Assembly (NCBI GenBank): GCA_002633005.1
Contig: NMRA01000191.1
Location: 302,466-366,465 of the forward strand
Source of the DNA: Phoronis australis
Lineage: Eukaryota; Animalia; Phoronida
Direction: 5' to 3'
Length of the DNA stretch: 64,000 nt
The notes below the pieces were generated by a model. The model had not been told where the DNA came from, did no database searches, and saw only the letters and a list, made by a program, of their open reading frames with translations. This document shows, in pieces, positions 25,386-37,300 of this stretch. Numbering within the stretch: position 1 is the stretch's first letter; each line of letters starts with the position of its first letter. The translations under genes were made by a program, and so were the position numbers.

Positions 25386-28300
25386 ATGCAGAAAAATACT
25401 TTATTTGCGTATTTCAAGAAGGTCCCGAATCCTTCAAAGAGTAACAAGGAGCCATCTCCGACATCAAAAGTTCTTAAACCAACAAAATACGGGAACTGTT
25501 CTGACGTCGCATCACAGGAGAGCGCAGCGAGCAAACCAAAACAAAATGGGACAGTTGCTCATCCAATGAAAGATGGGGGTATGTTTCTAAACCTTTTGCC
25601 AATATTGGCTATGCACAGTGACCTAATCAACATCGATTATTTTAGAGTCACCAGAAAAGGGTCACTGAATCAGTTTTGAAACCTGAATTCAGGAAAAAAA
25701 CTTTTATTCATTAGAATTAGTCATCCGGCATGTTTTGGGGGTAGCCGAAGCCCAGGCAATTACATCGGATTCCGCAGGCATACAGGGCAGGGCGATATTT
25801 CCCCCACAAAAAGTTAGGAATTTCAAAATACAGGAAAAAAAAATAAATGAAACATGCATATATGCACATGGAGTTATAAACAACTGATACCATAAGTCTA
25901 GAGACGATTCAGTTCATAACTTGAGAAAATCGGTTTGCTCGAGTTTCTCTTACCCGGTGCCATTTTGAGGAAGTTACGTGAAATCACGCATGTTGACAAA
26001 TAAAAAGTCCAAGGGACACAAATCTTACAAATTTCACCTGATACCTTCTCATGCTATTTTGCTATTGTCACACGCTTCGCTCAGTCTCGCGCAAGCCTTT
26101 GCCCGGCCCAACTCACGTGACTCAGTTGACATATTTTGTGGTTATCGCGAGCTTGGTGAAAAAGTTAACGGCAACCAAAAAAGTGTGTGGTATAATTTAC
26201 TGAAAAGCTTTTGGCGTATGAAGCTCCTATGACTCAACTCCAGTCTCTACTGGGCCAGCTAGAGACGGTGATCATTGTCTAAGGCATTACGTAGCCCCTC
26301 AGTTGGCTAGTTAGGGACGGCATTCAGGGTGATGTAATTGCCTAAGCTGTTCTATGCCAGTCAGCAGTGGCCCATTTTAATATTCTGTACCTTACTAGGG
26401 TTTCTGTGTGTTGGTAGATTTTGTGTAATTTACTGTTATTGGTGGCTAAACCATCGAGGCCATGTTTATTTGTTTATTTATTGTGATATTTAAAATTGAG
26501 GGTGACCTCTTCAGTGATAGCACTGCCTTCCAAGAGCGCCCTCAACATCAAAAACAGTAATATAATACAATGAAGTAATAAAACAACAATTAAATGTACG
26601 TGACAAAGATACAATTAAAACAGGTTGAGAATTAAGACAATAAATCAATGACGAAGAATGGTGAAAATTCAACTAAGAGTGATGAAATAAATAAAGAGAT
26701 GACTCTAAACAGTGAGAGTATTTATGAAATGAGAAAAAAATGACATGATTAAGACAGGTAGGGTATATGTTACTATGTGTACCTGTCTAGGGTAGATGGA
26801 CACCTGTGGAGTAATTATACATCTCATTGCTCGACACTTAGCATAAAGTGAACTCACCAATTCCCAGGTCGCGAAATGGGAACTGAGGTTGCCAAAACGA
26901 TGAAATCTCTTATGTGGGTGCGAAAGCACCAACCCTTGATAACGAGGCATAGCTGTCAAGAGCAGGAAATGAAAAGAAGTGAAAAGCCAACAAACTCAGC
27001 AAATGTGTCAAATGACTGATGGTGGTCTTGAGACTTGAGATCACCCAAATGTCTACTGATGGTCCGAGGATCGTGGATGTTTTTTTAAAGAAATGAGAAA
27101 ATCAATCAAATTTCATTTTTCTGCATTCTGTGTCCTGAATTGCTGAGATTTTATCTTAGCTTGCACTGGGACAACTTCACTAGGACACAGTTTTAGTAAT
27201 CACGTGTGCTCAAATTTGAACACGGTAAACTTATCACCTAATTTTTTTATTTCTTTCCAGAGAGATTAATTTTGACAAGTCATTTCAGAACCCTCCTTCA
27301 AAGTCGGTGACATAGTTTGGTCCAAGCTGGAGGGTTACCCATGGTGGCCAAGTATTGTTTGCAATCATCCGACGAGAAAAACTCACATATCAGCGGGCAA
27401 GAAGTCTCAAGTGCATGTGCAGTTTTTTGATGACCCCCCATCAAGAGCCTGGATCAGTATCAAGTAGGTAACCTGTAGGTTTTTTTAGGTGGAAACCTGG
27501 TTGGATAGATTTAGTGTTTTTAATGTCACAGTGCTTTCCCTGATCAAAAATTTGAACAACCTTAACAGGACTAGAGTTCGCCATCTGCATCTCACCAGTG
27601 CAACCTCACATTTTGTTTGGCGACATGGTAACAATACCATTTTTGGGTTGATTTTATGTATTCTGCACCACCTGTTGGCTAGTCTATTATTATTTGAATT
27701 ATTGAGTGTGTTTTTGATGTCCACCTCTCTGTCTGCCAAATCGCTTGAAAGATCATTGTGAAAATTACCTAAATATATGTTTCCATGGAGACCGCAGCTG
27801 GGGTTGATTTTTGGATGAGTTTGACTATTAGCTTAGAACTTACTAAATAATTTCATCCAATTGGTGAATCAAATATCAGACAAATTTCATGAGACAATCA
27901 AGTATTTACAATAAATTGAATGTTTTCGACCGTCAATTACTGCGATCATTCTCAGAATGATTAACTTGCTGTCACGTGATGAAGTTCCCACTTTGGGTCA
28001 TGTAATACAATGTCATAAGTGTAAGACGTAGTGTGGCCCAAGGCGGGAACTTAGTTACGTAACTGCAAGCTTATCATTCTGAGGATGACTAGTCACTGAC
28101 GGTTAAAAACATTCAATTTATTGTCAGTACTTGATTGCATTTCGTGAAAGTTGCCTCATATATTGGTCACAAGCTTTTGGACAAGATGTAGCAGCTTGTT
28201 TGAATACATGTAGTAAGAACAATGCTTCTGAAAGTGCTTGATTAGCTTGCCAGCTTTCTATTTGTTTTTGGACCTTCAAAAACACTACCCAATAAACTAC

Positions 28301-31300
28301 TTAGAAGTCATTGTCCGTAGTTAACCCTGGGCTTTTTGTAGGTTCAGATTTTAAAATTTATAGATGAACTCATGTCATGATTTAATTTGTGGTGTGGCTG
28401 AATTTGTGGCATGACTATTTGTGTGCATTCTTTATGGGTAGATATGTGACTACACAAATAAAACGGCTTGCTTTTTGACAGATATGCAAAACCATTCACT
28501 GGATCTGAATCCCGTGATTACCAGCGAGGTGGAACGTTTTACAGCGCTGACCCTGATTGTTACAAAGGAGTACAAGAGGCTGACAAGGCGCTGGCATTGC
28601 CCTTAAATGAGCGGCTTGACCTGGTTGTTGAATTACAACCCTCGTCCGAGGAAGATGATGAAAATAACAATGAGGAGGTTATGGACATTGACGATATCAA
28701 CTTTGATGGTTGGTTTTTGCATTTCGTTGAAAGAACAACTATTGCAATATTTGTATTTTAACTGATTTCAATAACATAACAATATCAGCTTATGTTTGTG
28801 CATTCTGTTGAAAGAACAACAATTGCAGTATTTGTTTTTAATTGATATTGATAACATAACGGTATCAACTTTGATGGTTTGTTGTGCATTTCATTCAAAG
28901 AAAAACAATTACAGTATTTGTCTTTTAACTGATGTCAATAATATAACGATATCAACCTTTAAGGCTCAAATGTCATATTTGCCTTCTGATGTCAAGGACA
29001 TGATGTTTGGCCCTCTCAATCCTCGAAACTTATGGGGGAAGTTTAAGAACTCCTCACAGTGTTCACTAAATGACTGGCTTATAAGGTGCTAAAACCCTTG
29101 TGTCAATAGATGTAACTTTTGATTTAGATTTAGTCCCATTTCTTCTTAGATTTGAAGTGGTGATTGGTCTTGGAGAAACTGTCAGTTTGTTATTACGTGC
29201 TTGAAACATTGTTAGTAATTTTATGAGCCCAGCATAGTCTACCAGTTCTTCTCGTGGCTAGAAATCTCTCAAACTCATTGTTGTCTTCGTTTAAAGTTCC
29301 ATTTTTTGCCCATCTCTGAAATTGCACTCAATTTGCTTTTACTTACGTTGTCCTTTCGTACATGTAAGCTTACATTCTCTTGTTGCAGATGACATTTTTG
29401 ACGCTGAAGCCAGTGATGATGAAGTCAATAACAGCAAGGAAAACCATGGTGATGATGATGACTATGTCAAAGGAGACAAAGACAACAAGAAGAAAGAAAA
29501 GGTAAGGTTATACAATCTGCAGGCTGTCAGTTTATGACTTGCTGTTCTTGTGTTGATTTATAATGCCATTTAGTGTGTTCTGTGGATTTTACATTCAAGT
29601 TATGTGACTGTTACTTGCATGTAGTTGTATTGCTTTACTCGGTGGTAGTAAAGGGGAAATTTGTGTACGTTGGTTTTCATGTCCGTTCTGCCTGTGTAAT
29701 TTAGTAGCTGCTTTAATGTGTAGTCTTTATGGTTATGGAAACCTATATTTTCTTGATTATTTGTTATTTACATCGGCATTTCTTTCATGAGTTAATTTTG
29801 CTCTTGTTGATATAATTGTGATATTTTTGTTTTCTGTTCTTGTTCTTGCAAGTTCATTAGGTTTTAAAAATGTATTTGCATGCTGCTGCTAACTGTGCTA
29901 AAAGCAGGATATAAAGGACTATGGTATTTTAACATAATCTGCACTAAACAAAGGGCAGTTGTATTCACTGACAACTTGTAAATATGGAAGTAAAAAATTC
30001 TGCAAAAAGGTGACCTAGTGGGCTCACATAGCCCGCATCATGCAATGTTATTCCCTAGAACCACGTCACAATACTTACTGGACACGGTTCAGTGATTTGC
30101 AGTCTATCATTTTCGCCACAAAACGCATTCTTATGAACTTTTGGCAATTTTCAACCTACTTCATATTCATTGTCACTGTGTGTTGTGTTTCTAACTAATT
30201 TGGCCAAGCAATCACAGAGATAAGGATTTAGCCTGCAGTTTCCACTTTAAGCACCACTATATTTGGCCCTTGTCGCACCCCCTTGACATAATTCTAGATC
30301 TAGTTCTGATTCAGTTACTTTGTTTTTGGTGAGAACTCACACCATGAAATTCTTGAAATATTGCTTTCATTTGTCTTCTGATTGACCATGTGAAGGTGCA
30401 TGTATAGTTCTCATGTTCTGGAAAAAATGATAGAATGTAAATATTCTGATATAGTCATGGTCTGGAATATGTTTTATGCTCCACCACTGCAACTCACAAA
30501 ACCTAGCACATATATTTTGTCCATGGCTATGAGAGAACAGGCTCTGCCAAGTTTTCTATTGCATTTGGCTAACACTGTGTCTGTCTTTGGGAATATTTGG
30601 TTGTTACTTTGCTGTGTTTAAGCCATTATTTTGTTTTAAAGGTAAATATCAGTAAGGAAAATCATGATGATGAAGAAGAAGACTGTGTCAAGCAAGAAAA
30701 AGACAGCAAGAAGAAAGACAAAGTAAGCATGTATTTATTCGTTATGGGCTTTATGAATAGAGACATCATTGTGTTTCAGTTGGGACTTGTTTTGGCGGAA
30801 CCAACCACCATTTTCAATCTTATTGAAATAATCTTATTATAGAATGTGAACTCTATAACACTGATTAGTGCCATCTCAGATGCGACTTGTCTTACGTGGT
30901 TGGACGGACGTGAGATGAGCCATATCTATGTTTTCAGCAGAGTCAACCTGGGACAGCAACACCTTTCAATTTAGATTTGAGCTCACGTCGTCGTAAAACA
31001 GAAAATTGAAAATAGTCAATTCTTGCTGCGTTGGTGATGGACACCGCGCTGTCATTCAGCTGCACCGTTGAGCAAACCTACATCGCGCAAACCTGCTGCC
31101 ATATTTATGTGTTAATCCTAGATCTGATCAAGTCTAAAGTTAAACCAGGTCTTAATACAGGTCTGAGACCTCGTTGGTGAAATAAAAACTGACTTAGACC
31201 AGGTCTAAGCAGGAGTCAAACCAAGCTTTACAAGACCACTGGTCTAAAAGTTAAACCATCTTTATGAAATGCATGTTTTCTTCAAACCTAGTCTAGCTTA

Positions 31301-34300
31301 AGTCAGAAACTTTAAACCACCTTTATGAAATTGACTGTCAATGTTTGCCTCGTTCATTTCTAGCAGACTCCCAACAAGTCCAAAACACCCAAAAGAACCC
31401 GAGCCCAGCGTGGTAGTAAAAGCAAACGGCAGAGAATCATCAAAGAGTCAGGTGATGAAGACTCAGAAGATGAGTTTAAGCCAGAGTCTGGTGAAGACAG
31501 CAGTGAAGATGATACTAGTAGTGGCGTGGACGAGAATGAGGCTTCAGAGTCTGGCGAAGAATCGGAAGAGGCTTCTCCAGTCAAGGTGAGATCTTGTAAA
31601 TTGTGATTAACTTGCACTCGTTGAAAATTAACTTTTGGTTCAGGCCACCTACCACTATGAAACCATCTGAACTTCGTCCTGGCTACTTTTAGGCATGATT
31701 AATTACAGACTATGCTTGGGAAGAACATATGATTCGTTATTGCCTGAAACCACGGTCAACGAGTTGGCCTGTTCCTTCGAGCATGTACTCGAGCACTGAC
31801 AAAGTGCCAGTTATAACAAACCCCACTTCTAACAAACCCCACTTCTAATTTGAGTAAGGAACAAGTTGAGAGTGGATTTAAAACAGAAAGTGATTTAAAT
31901 CAAAGGTTGGGTGTTGACAGAAGGCAGGTTTACTGTTACCTTTAATTGGGTTCTTTTTTATTCTGAACGTGTTATTTATTTCAAATTGATGTATGGCCTG
32001 ATTCATTCGTGTTTTAGAATTTCAGACTTTGGTGAGATCAGGATCACCCTGTTTCAGTTTTGATTTGTAAACAGTATTTAAGTCCTTGTCATTTATTGTT
32101 GGAACATTACATTGTGTTCTAGGCATCAAGAAAAAGGAAAAAAACTTCACCTGCTAAAATGAATAGAACACCCAAAACTGCGCGAGCTATGGAGTCACTC
32201 AAGTCATTCTCGACTCCCAATCAGGAACAGACCAAAAAGGAGCAGTTCACTCCAACAGTGGGCACAAAAACCAAGTCCATATTATCGGGATTTGCTGCCC
32301 CAGACACGGTAATGGTCTTGGTTCCCAGATTGTGTACTTCAATTATTTTTCTGTAGTTAGCTCTGGGACTTAATTCGTCAATACACTTTTACTTGGTCAC
32401 TACTCGATCTCAGTTGATTCATCTCGACCACTGACTTGTCGCTTCTACTGAAATGGCGGTGTACACGCAACGTTGTCTTTGAGACTATTTGAAATATCTG
32501 ACAAAGCGTGTGTTTTCACATCTTTGTGGTAAATGGCCAGGTAGTGATGAATTTGTATTCAAATTTGCTTCACATCAGTTAGCTTATTGTCGCTTTTATT
32601 TTTTACTTAACTGGAGACAAACTGTCATGGATTGACTGGCCATGTCAACTGACTCTCCTCGTAAACTGACTGGCCATGTGAACTGACTGGCCATGTGAAC
32701 TGAGTGGTCTTGTGAGCACAGCTCCAGAGTAATAGTTACGATGATGCTTTCAAACGAAAGTAAACATGACACAAAGATAAAGGGATTTTGCATTTAATAC
32801 AAAACAGTTTTCATTTCTTGATGTGGACCAATTACCAGACTTTGTTTGAAAGAAAGATGTTGTGAATATAAAAATCAAACCATAAGAGGCTTTGCAAAAA
32901 GCTGTAATATCGATGCAACCTAGAGACTAAAGCTGATTAGGTCTTCAATAGTCTTGTGTAATTGAATGACCCACTCTATGATCATGATAATGTATGCTTC
33001 TAGCCATCTCGAACGTCGCCCACACCAGAAAATGAAGAGGGCCGTCTGTTCTTTCATAAAACACTGGACTGGCTGAGGCCTGAAAACATCAAGTAGGTTT
33101 CATCTACTTTTGATAATTTTTTCTCAATGAAATAAACTTTTTATGCTACTTTATGCCTGGTTTTTCTGTAAAGTTTAATGCGTGATCTGAAAAATGTTAA
33201 TGAATCATGCCTTTTCAAAATAATGTACTTGAACTATGCGGAATACTATCTTTATATTGGTAATATGTATGGGCAGCCATTTATGCAAAAACATCAAATT
33301 TAATATTCAATTCCATATAATGATCTCAATGCCAATTGTACGACATTTCAATCCCCTCTTGCGCATTTAATGCCATTACATCAACTCAATCCACACTGGA
33401 CGATTCCTTATTGTGACTTGCAATGCTGTTCTGTTTATTCTAACCTGTTACGTGAATTCAATGCTGCCCATAGTATGAGTGTTCATAACCAGAATGTTCT
33501 GATATCCCACCCCACATGACGACCAGGCACGTATCTATTGGCCGCCATACATAACCAGCTAGTTATAGATGTTGTGAAGGTTATAACCTAGAGTCCTGGT
33601 TCAGGTCAGTTGCACTCACATCCTTTATAGAGACCTACTGTAAAGTGCTGCCACCTGGTGTGAGGACAAGAACATGTATATAGGCTGTACATTAATTGAT
33701 TGCAATAGCAAAGTTAAACATTTCGCATTAAAATGTAGAGATGGGCAGAAGAGATCACGCGATCATCCTGATTACGATCCGCGGACGTTACACGTACCAG
33801 AGAGTTTCCTGAAGTCATGTACTCCAGTAAGTAGCCACTGAATTTACATTGATATGATTATTTCTTTATTTTAACTTGGAGCTGTTGAAATTTCTAGTAG
33901 AACTTTTAGCAGTTCTATAAAATTTTGATTCTTAAGACTTTCTTCCTGGAAAAGTTGAATTGATTATTTTCATTATGTTCTGTCGTGTTAAAAGGACAAC
34001 ACTTGACTCCTAGAATGAAACTGTCAGTTCACAACATATGAAAAGTTAGTGGTTAAAATTGTGGTATGAATATTAATTATAATCAATTTGGTTTGTGATA
34101 AGGTTCATGCTTTATCTTTGTGGTGAAAATCCTTTTGCAGGATTCTTTCATTCTCATTATTTTACAAGAAAGTAATTATGTTTCTATGTGAGAGCTTTTG
34201 TAATAACTTTCAATTAAGACACATGCGCATCTTCCAACCGAGACAAGGTGAAAGAAAATTAGCTCAAGGATCCAACGATGTTGTCTAGTGGGATTAGAAC

Positions 34301-37300
34301 CCATTGTCTGTAGACTAGGAGACGGATGTTCTACAACAAGGCCACACTGCCATCTCCTTTTAAAGCTGTGTTTCTTCTTTAGGCTATGCAACAGTGGTGG
34401 AACATTAAAGCCTTGCACTTTGATGTTGTACTGTTCTTCAAGATGGGAAAGTTTTATGAACTCTATCACATGGACTCTGACATCGCCGTTAAAGAACTAG
34501 GCATGATATATATGAAGGTGAAATGTTCATATGTTTACACGTCTCATTTTTAAAACACCAAACTGTGTGTTGCATTAGGCATTGTTCGTAGTACATGACT
34601 AATGACAGTGTGTGGACGGGCTTTTAAGGGATGCCATAAAGTAATCAACTGTTGCATACAACTAATCTGATTGTGTAGACGGGTGGAAAATAGAAATAGA
34701 GCATGCCCGATTTTTTCTAATTTTTGTTTGACTTGAATTGATACAGTCATGTACGAAAAATTGCAGTGACTTGTATAAAAAGGGCTTAACGAAAGCTGTA
34801 ATCAAACTCTATGTAACAGTAGTGATGAAGAAGAATGAAGTATTGAGACATTTCTGCATTACTAACCCTGTTGTTAGATGTTGTTGGCACTAACAAACGT
34901 CTTAATAGTATGTTTTTCTTGTTTTCAGGGAGACGTTGCTCATTCGGGTTTTCCCGAGATAGCATACACCCGTTACTCAGATACACTTGTTCAGAAAGGC
35001 TACAAAGTGGCTCGCATTGAACAGACAGAAACGCCTGAGATGAATGCAGAACGGTGCAAAACAAGTACGTCTTTTACGTGCACTGGTGTCTGTCAGTGCA
35101 TGCTCGTTTCTTTTATCTAATCAAGAAATGCCTCTTGAAAAGCTTACTTAAGTTGATACAGGTACTAACTGAATGTGCCTGGAGACATTTGACTGAAATG
35201 TGTGACCAAGGAAACGTGTGTTGATTATTTGGACACCTTTTGTTGGTTTTTAAGTCACCATTGTGTAATAATCCTGAGTGCAAAGAGTTGACTGTGAAAG
35301 AATGTCTGTATGTCGTCTTATCTGCCAAGCTAACTGGGCATTGCCAGACAAACCTTTAGCCTTTTGTGGTTGCTTGCATTTTAAAAAACTGGAATAATGT
35401 CCAATTGTAGATTCCAAATGCAAACTAAATGATGTAATTTCAGATCAGGTGCAATATCATTTTCGTGGTATCTTATTAGTTAAAACTAGAAAGTGCGTGA
35501 TATTTAAGTGCCATCTGTGGGTCTTGTAATCCTAAAATGATGAGAAATTCAAGCAAGTTGCATTTTGACCATATTACTAAAATTTACAAATATGTAATTG
35601 AATTTTCAAAGAATATTTTTGTCTGAATTTCTTTAGAATCCTGTTTAATGTTTCTTTTTCAGTGTCAAAGCCTACTAAGTTTGATAGAGTAGTTCGGCGT
35701 GAAGTCTGTCAAATTACGACGAAAGGAACGCGAAATTTTAGTTTCCTTGATGGCGACAGTTGTGATGCCGAGAATAGTTACTTGTTAGCTGTGGCTGAAA
35801 GAGAGATGGAATCGTACAGTGTTTATGGTGTCTGCTTCATAGACACATCCATTGGCAAGTTTCATGTAAGTGGCTTGCTGTTTGCTTTCAAGGGACGTCA
35901 TCGGTTTTATGTCGGAAAAACGCATTTTTGGAGTTGCGGTTGGATGGGATAGACCTCTTTAGGTTATTAGCTTTGTCTAGATCTATAAAAGTTTGTTTCA
36001 GTGCTGTATTTATTCTTTTACAACAATGATTTAATTTCATTTCAATATATGTTATTTCTGTTGTCATTTTTTCAGATCGGTCAGTTTGAGGATGACCGCC
36101 ATGGTTCACGATTCCGAACATTGATATCACATTATGTTCCTGCCCAAGTGAGTTCCCAAACAATAATAATATCAATAAGTGGTTAACATTACAAAAACTG
36201 ATACCCAAGTACTAGTAAATCTTCTGACAGTATTTTCGTTTATTTGACAAATTCTTTTTTATTAGGTGATGTGTCCATTTTACTGTATGTGTTTGTTTAG
36301 GTGTTACATGAAAGGGGCAAGCTTTCTTCAAGAACTCAGCAGATCATTAACACAAACTTGTTGTCTGCTCTGAAAGAACCTTTGACCTCTGGCACAGAAT
36401 TCTGGGAAAGTTCAAAAACCCTGAAATTCCTATCTGAGGGAGAGTATTTTCTGGATGAGAACACCAAAGAATCTGATTGGCCACCTGTGCTGAAGTCAAT
36501 GATATCAGATGCTGATTCACTGGGACACACAGCAGCAGATGATTGTGATTTAGCTGTGCGAGCTTTGGGAGCTGTTACTTGGTAAGTTTCTGGTCTTGAA
36601 ATTGTATTCGTGTTTTAGGTTCCTGATCAGTGTCAACATGGTTGCATCACGTGATCTTATGATTACAAACCAGAAATTGTTTTTGTTCCAGCTAGGTTTC
36701 AAACCTTGGAAATTCTGCAATTTATACATGCAGTGTGCTAATAGTTAAAGATGTATTTGCATGCTCGTAACTGTGCTAATGTGTAGCGGGAACTAAACAA
36801 CAATGCTATATGAACATCGTCTTCGCTAATCAAAGTTTAGTTGTATTCATTGACAACTTGGTAAGTGTGAAAACAAAAAAAATATGCAAACAAGTCATCT
36901 TTGCACTAATGGTGAACCTTGGGGGCTCACATAGCCCGCATCATGCAGTGTTATTCCTCAATACCACGTCGCGATACTTAATGGACACAATTGAGTGATT
37001 TACAGCGGATCATTTTCGACACAAAACTTGATCTTAGAAACATTTGGCAACACTCAACGTACTTCATATTGACATCGTCGTTGTATGTTGTGTTAATAAC
37101 TAATTTGACCAAGCAATCACAGAGATAAGGAATTAGTGTACAAATTCCACTTTAAAATGACAACTATAAACTTCTAGCCTGATGGTGCTTTCAAGTAGAT
37201 TTCTTACCCAATGCATATTTAAAAGACATTCAATTTTTCTGAACAATTCTTTTTGCATTTTAAGTGACTGTAATTGAAGATCATTTTCCTAAGGATATGT

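Noticed and set aside
32621-32702. Short direct repeats TGACTGGCCATGT with spacers (superficially CRISPR-like)
   Set aside because: Only three degenerate copies with irregular spacing in a eukaryotic intron; ordinary slippage repeat, like the small duplications near 7785-7834 and 31815-31846.
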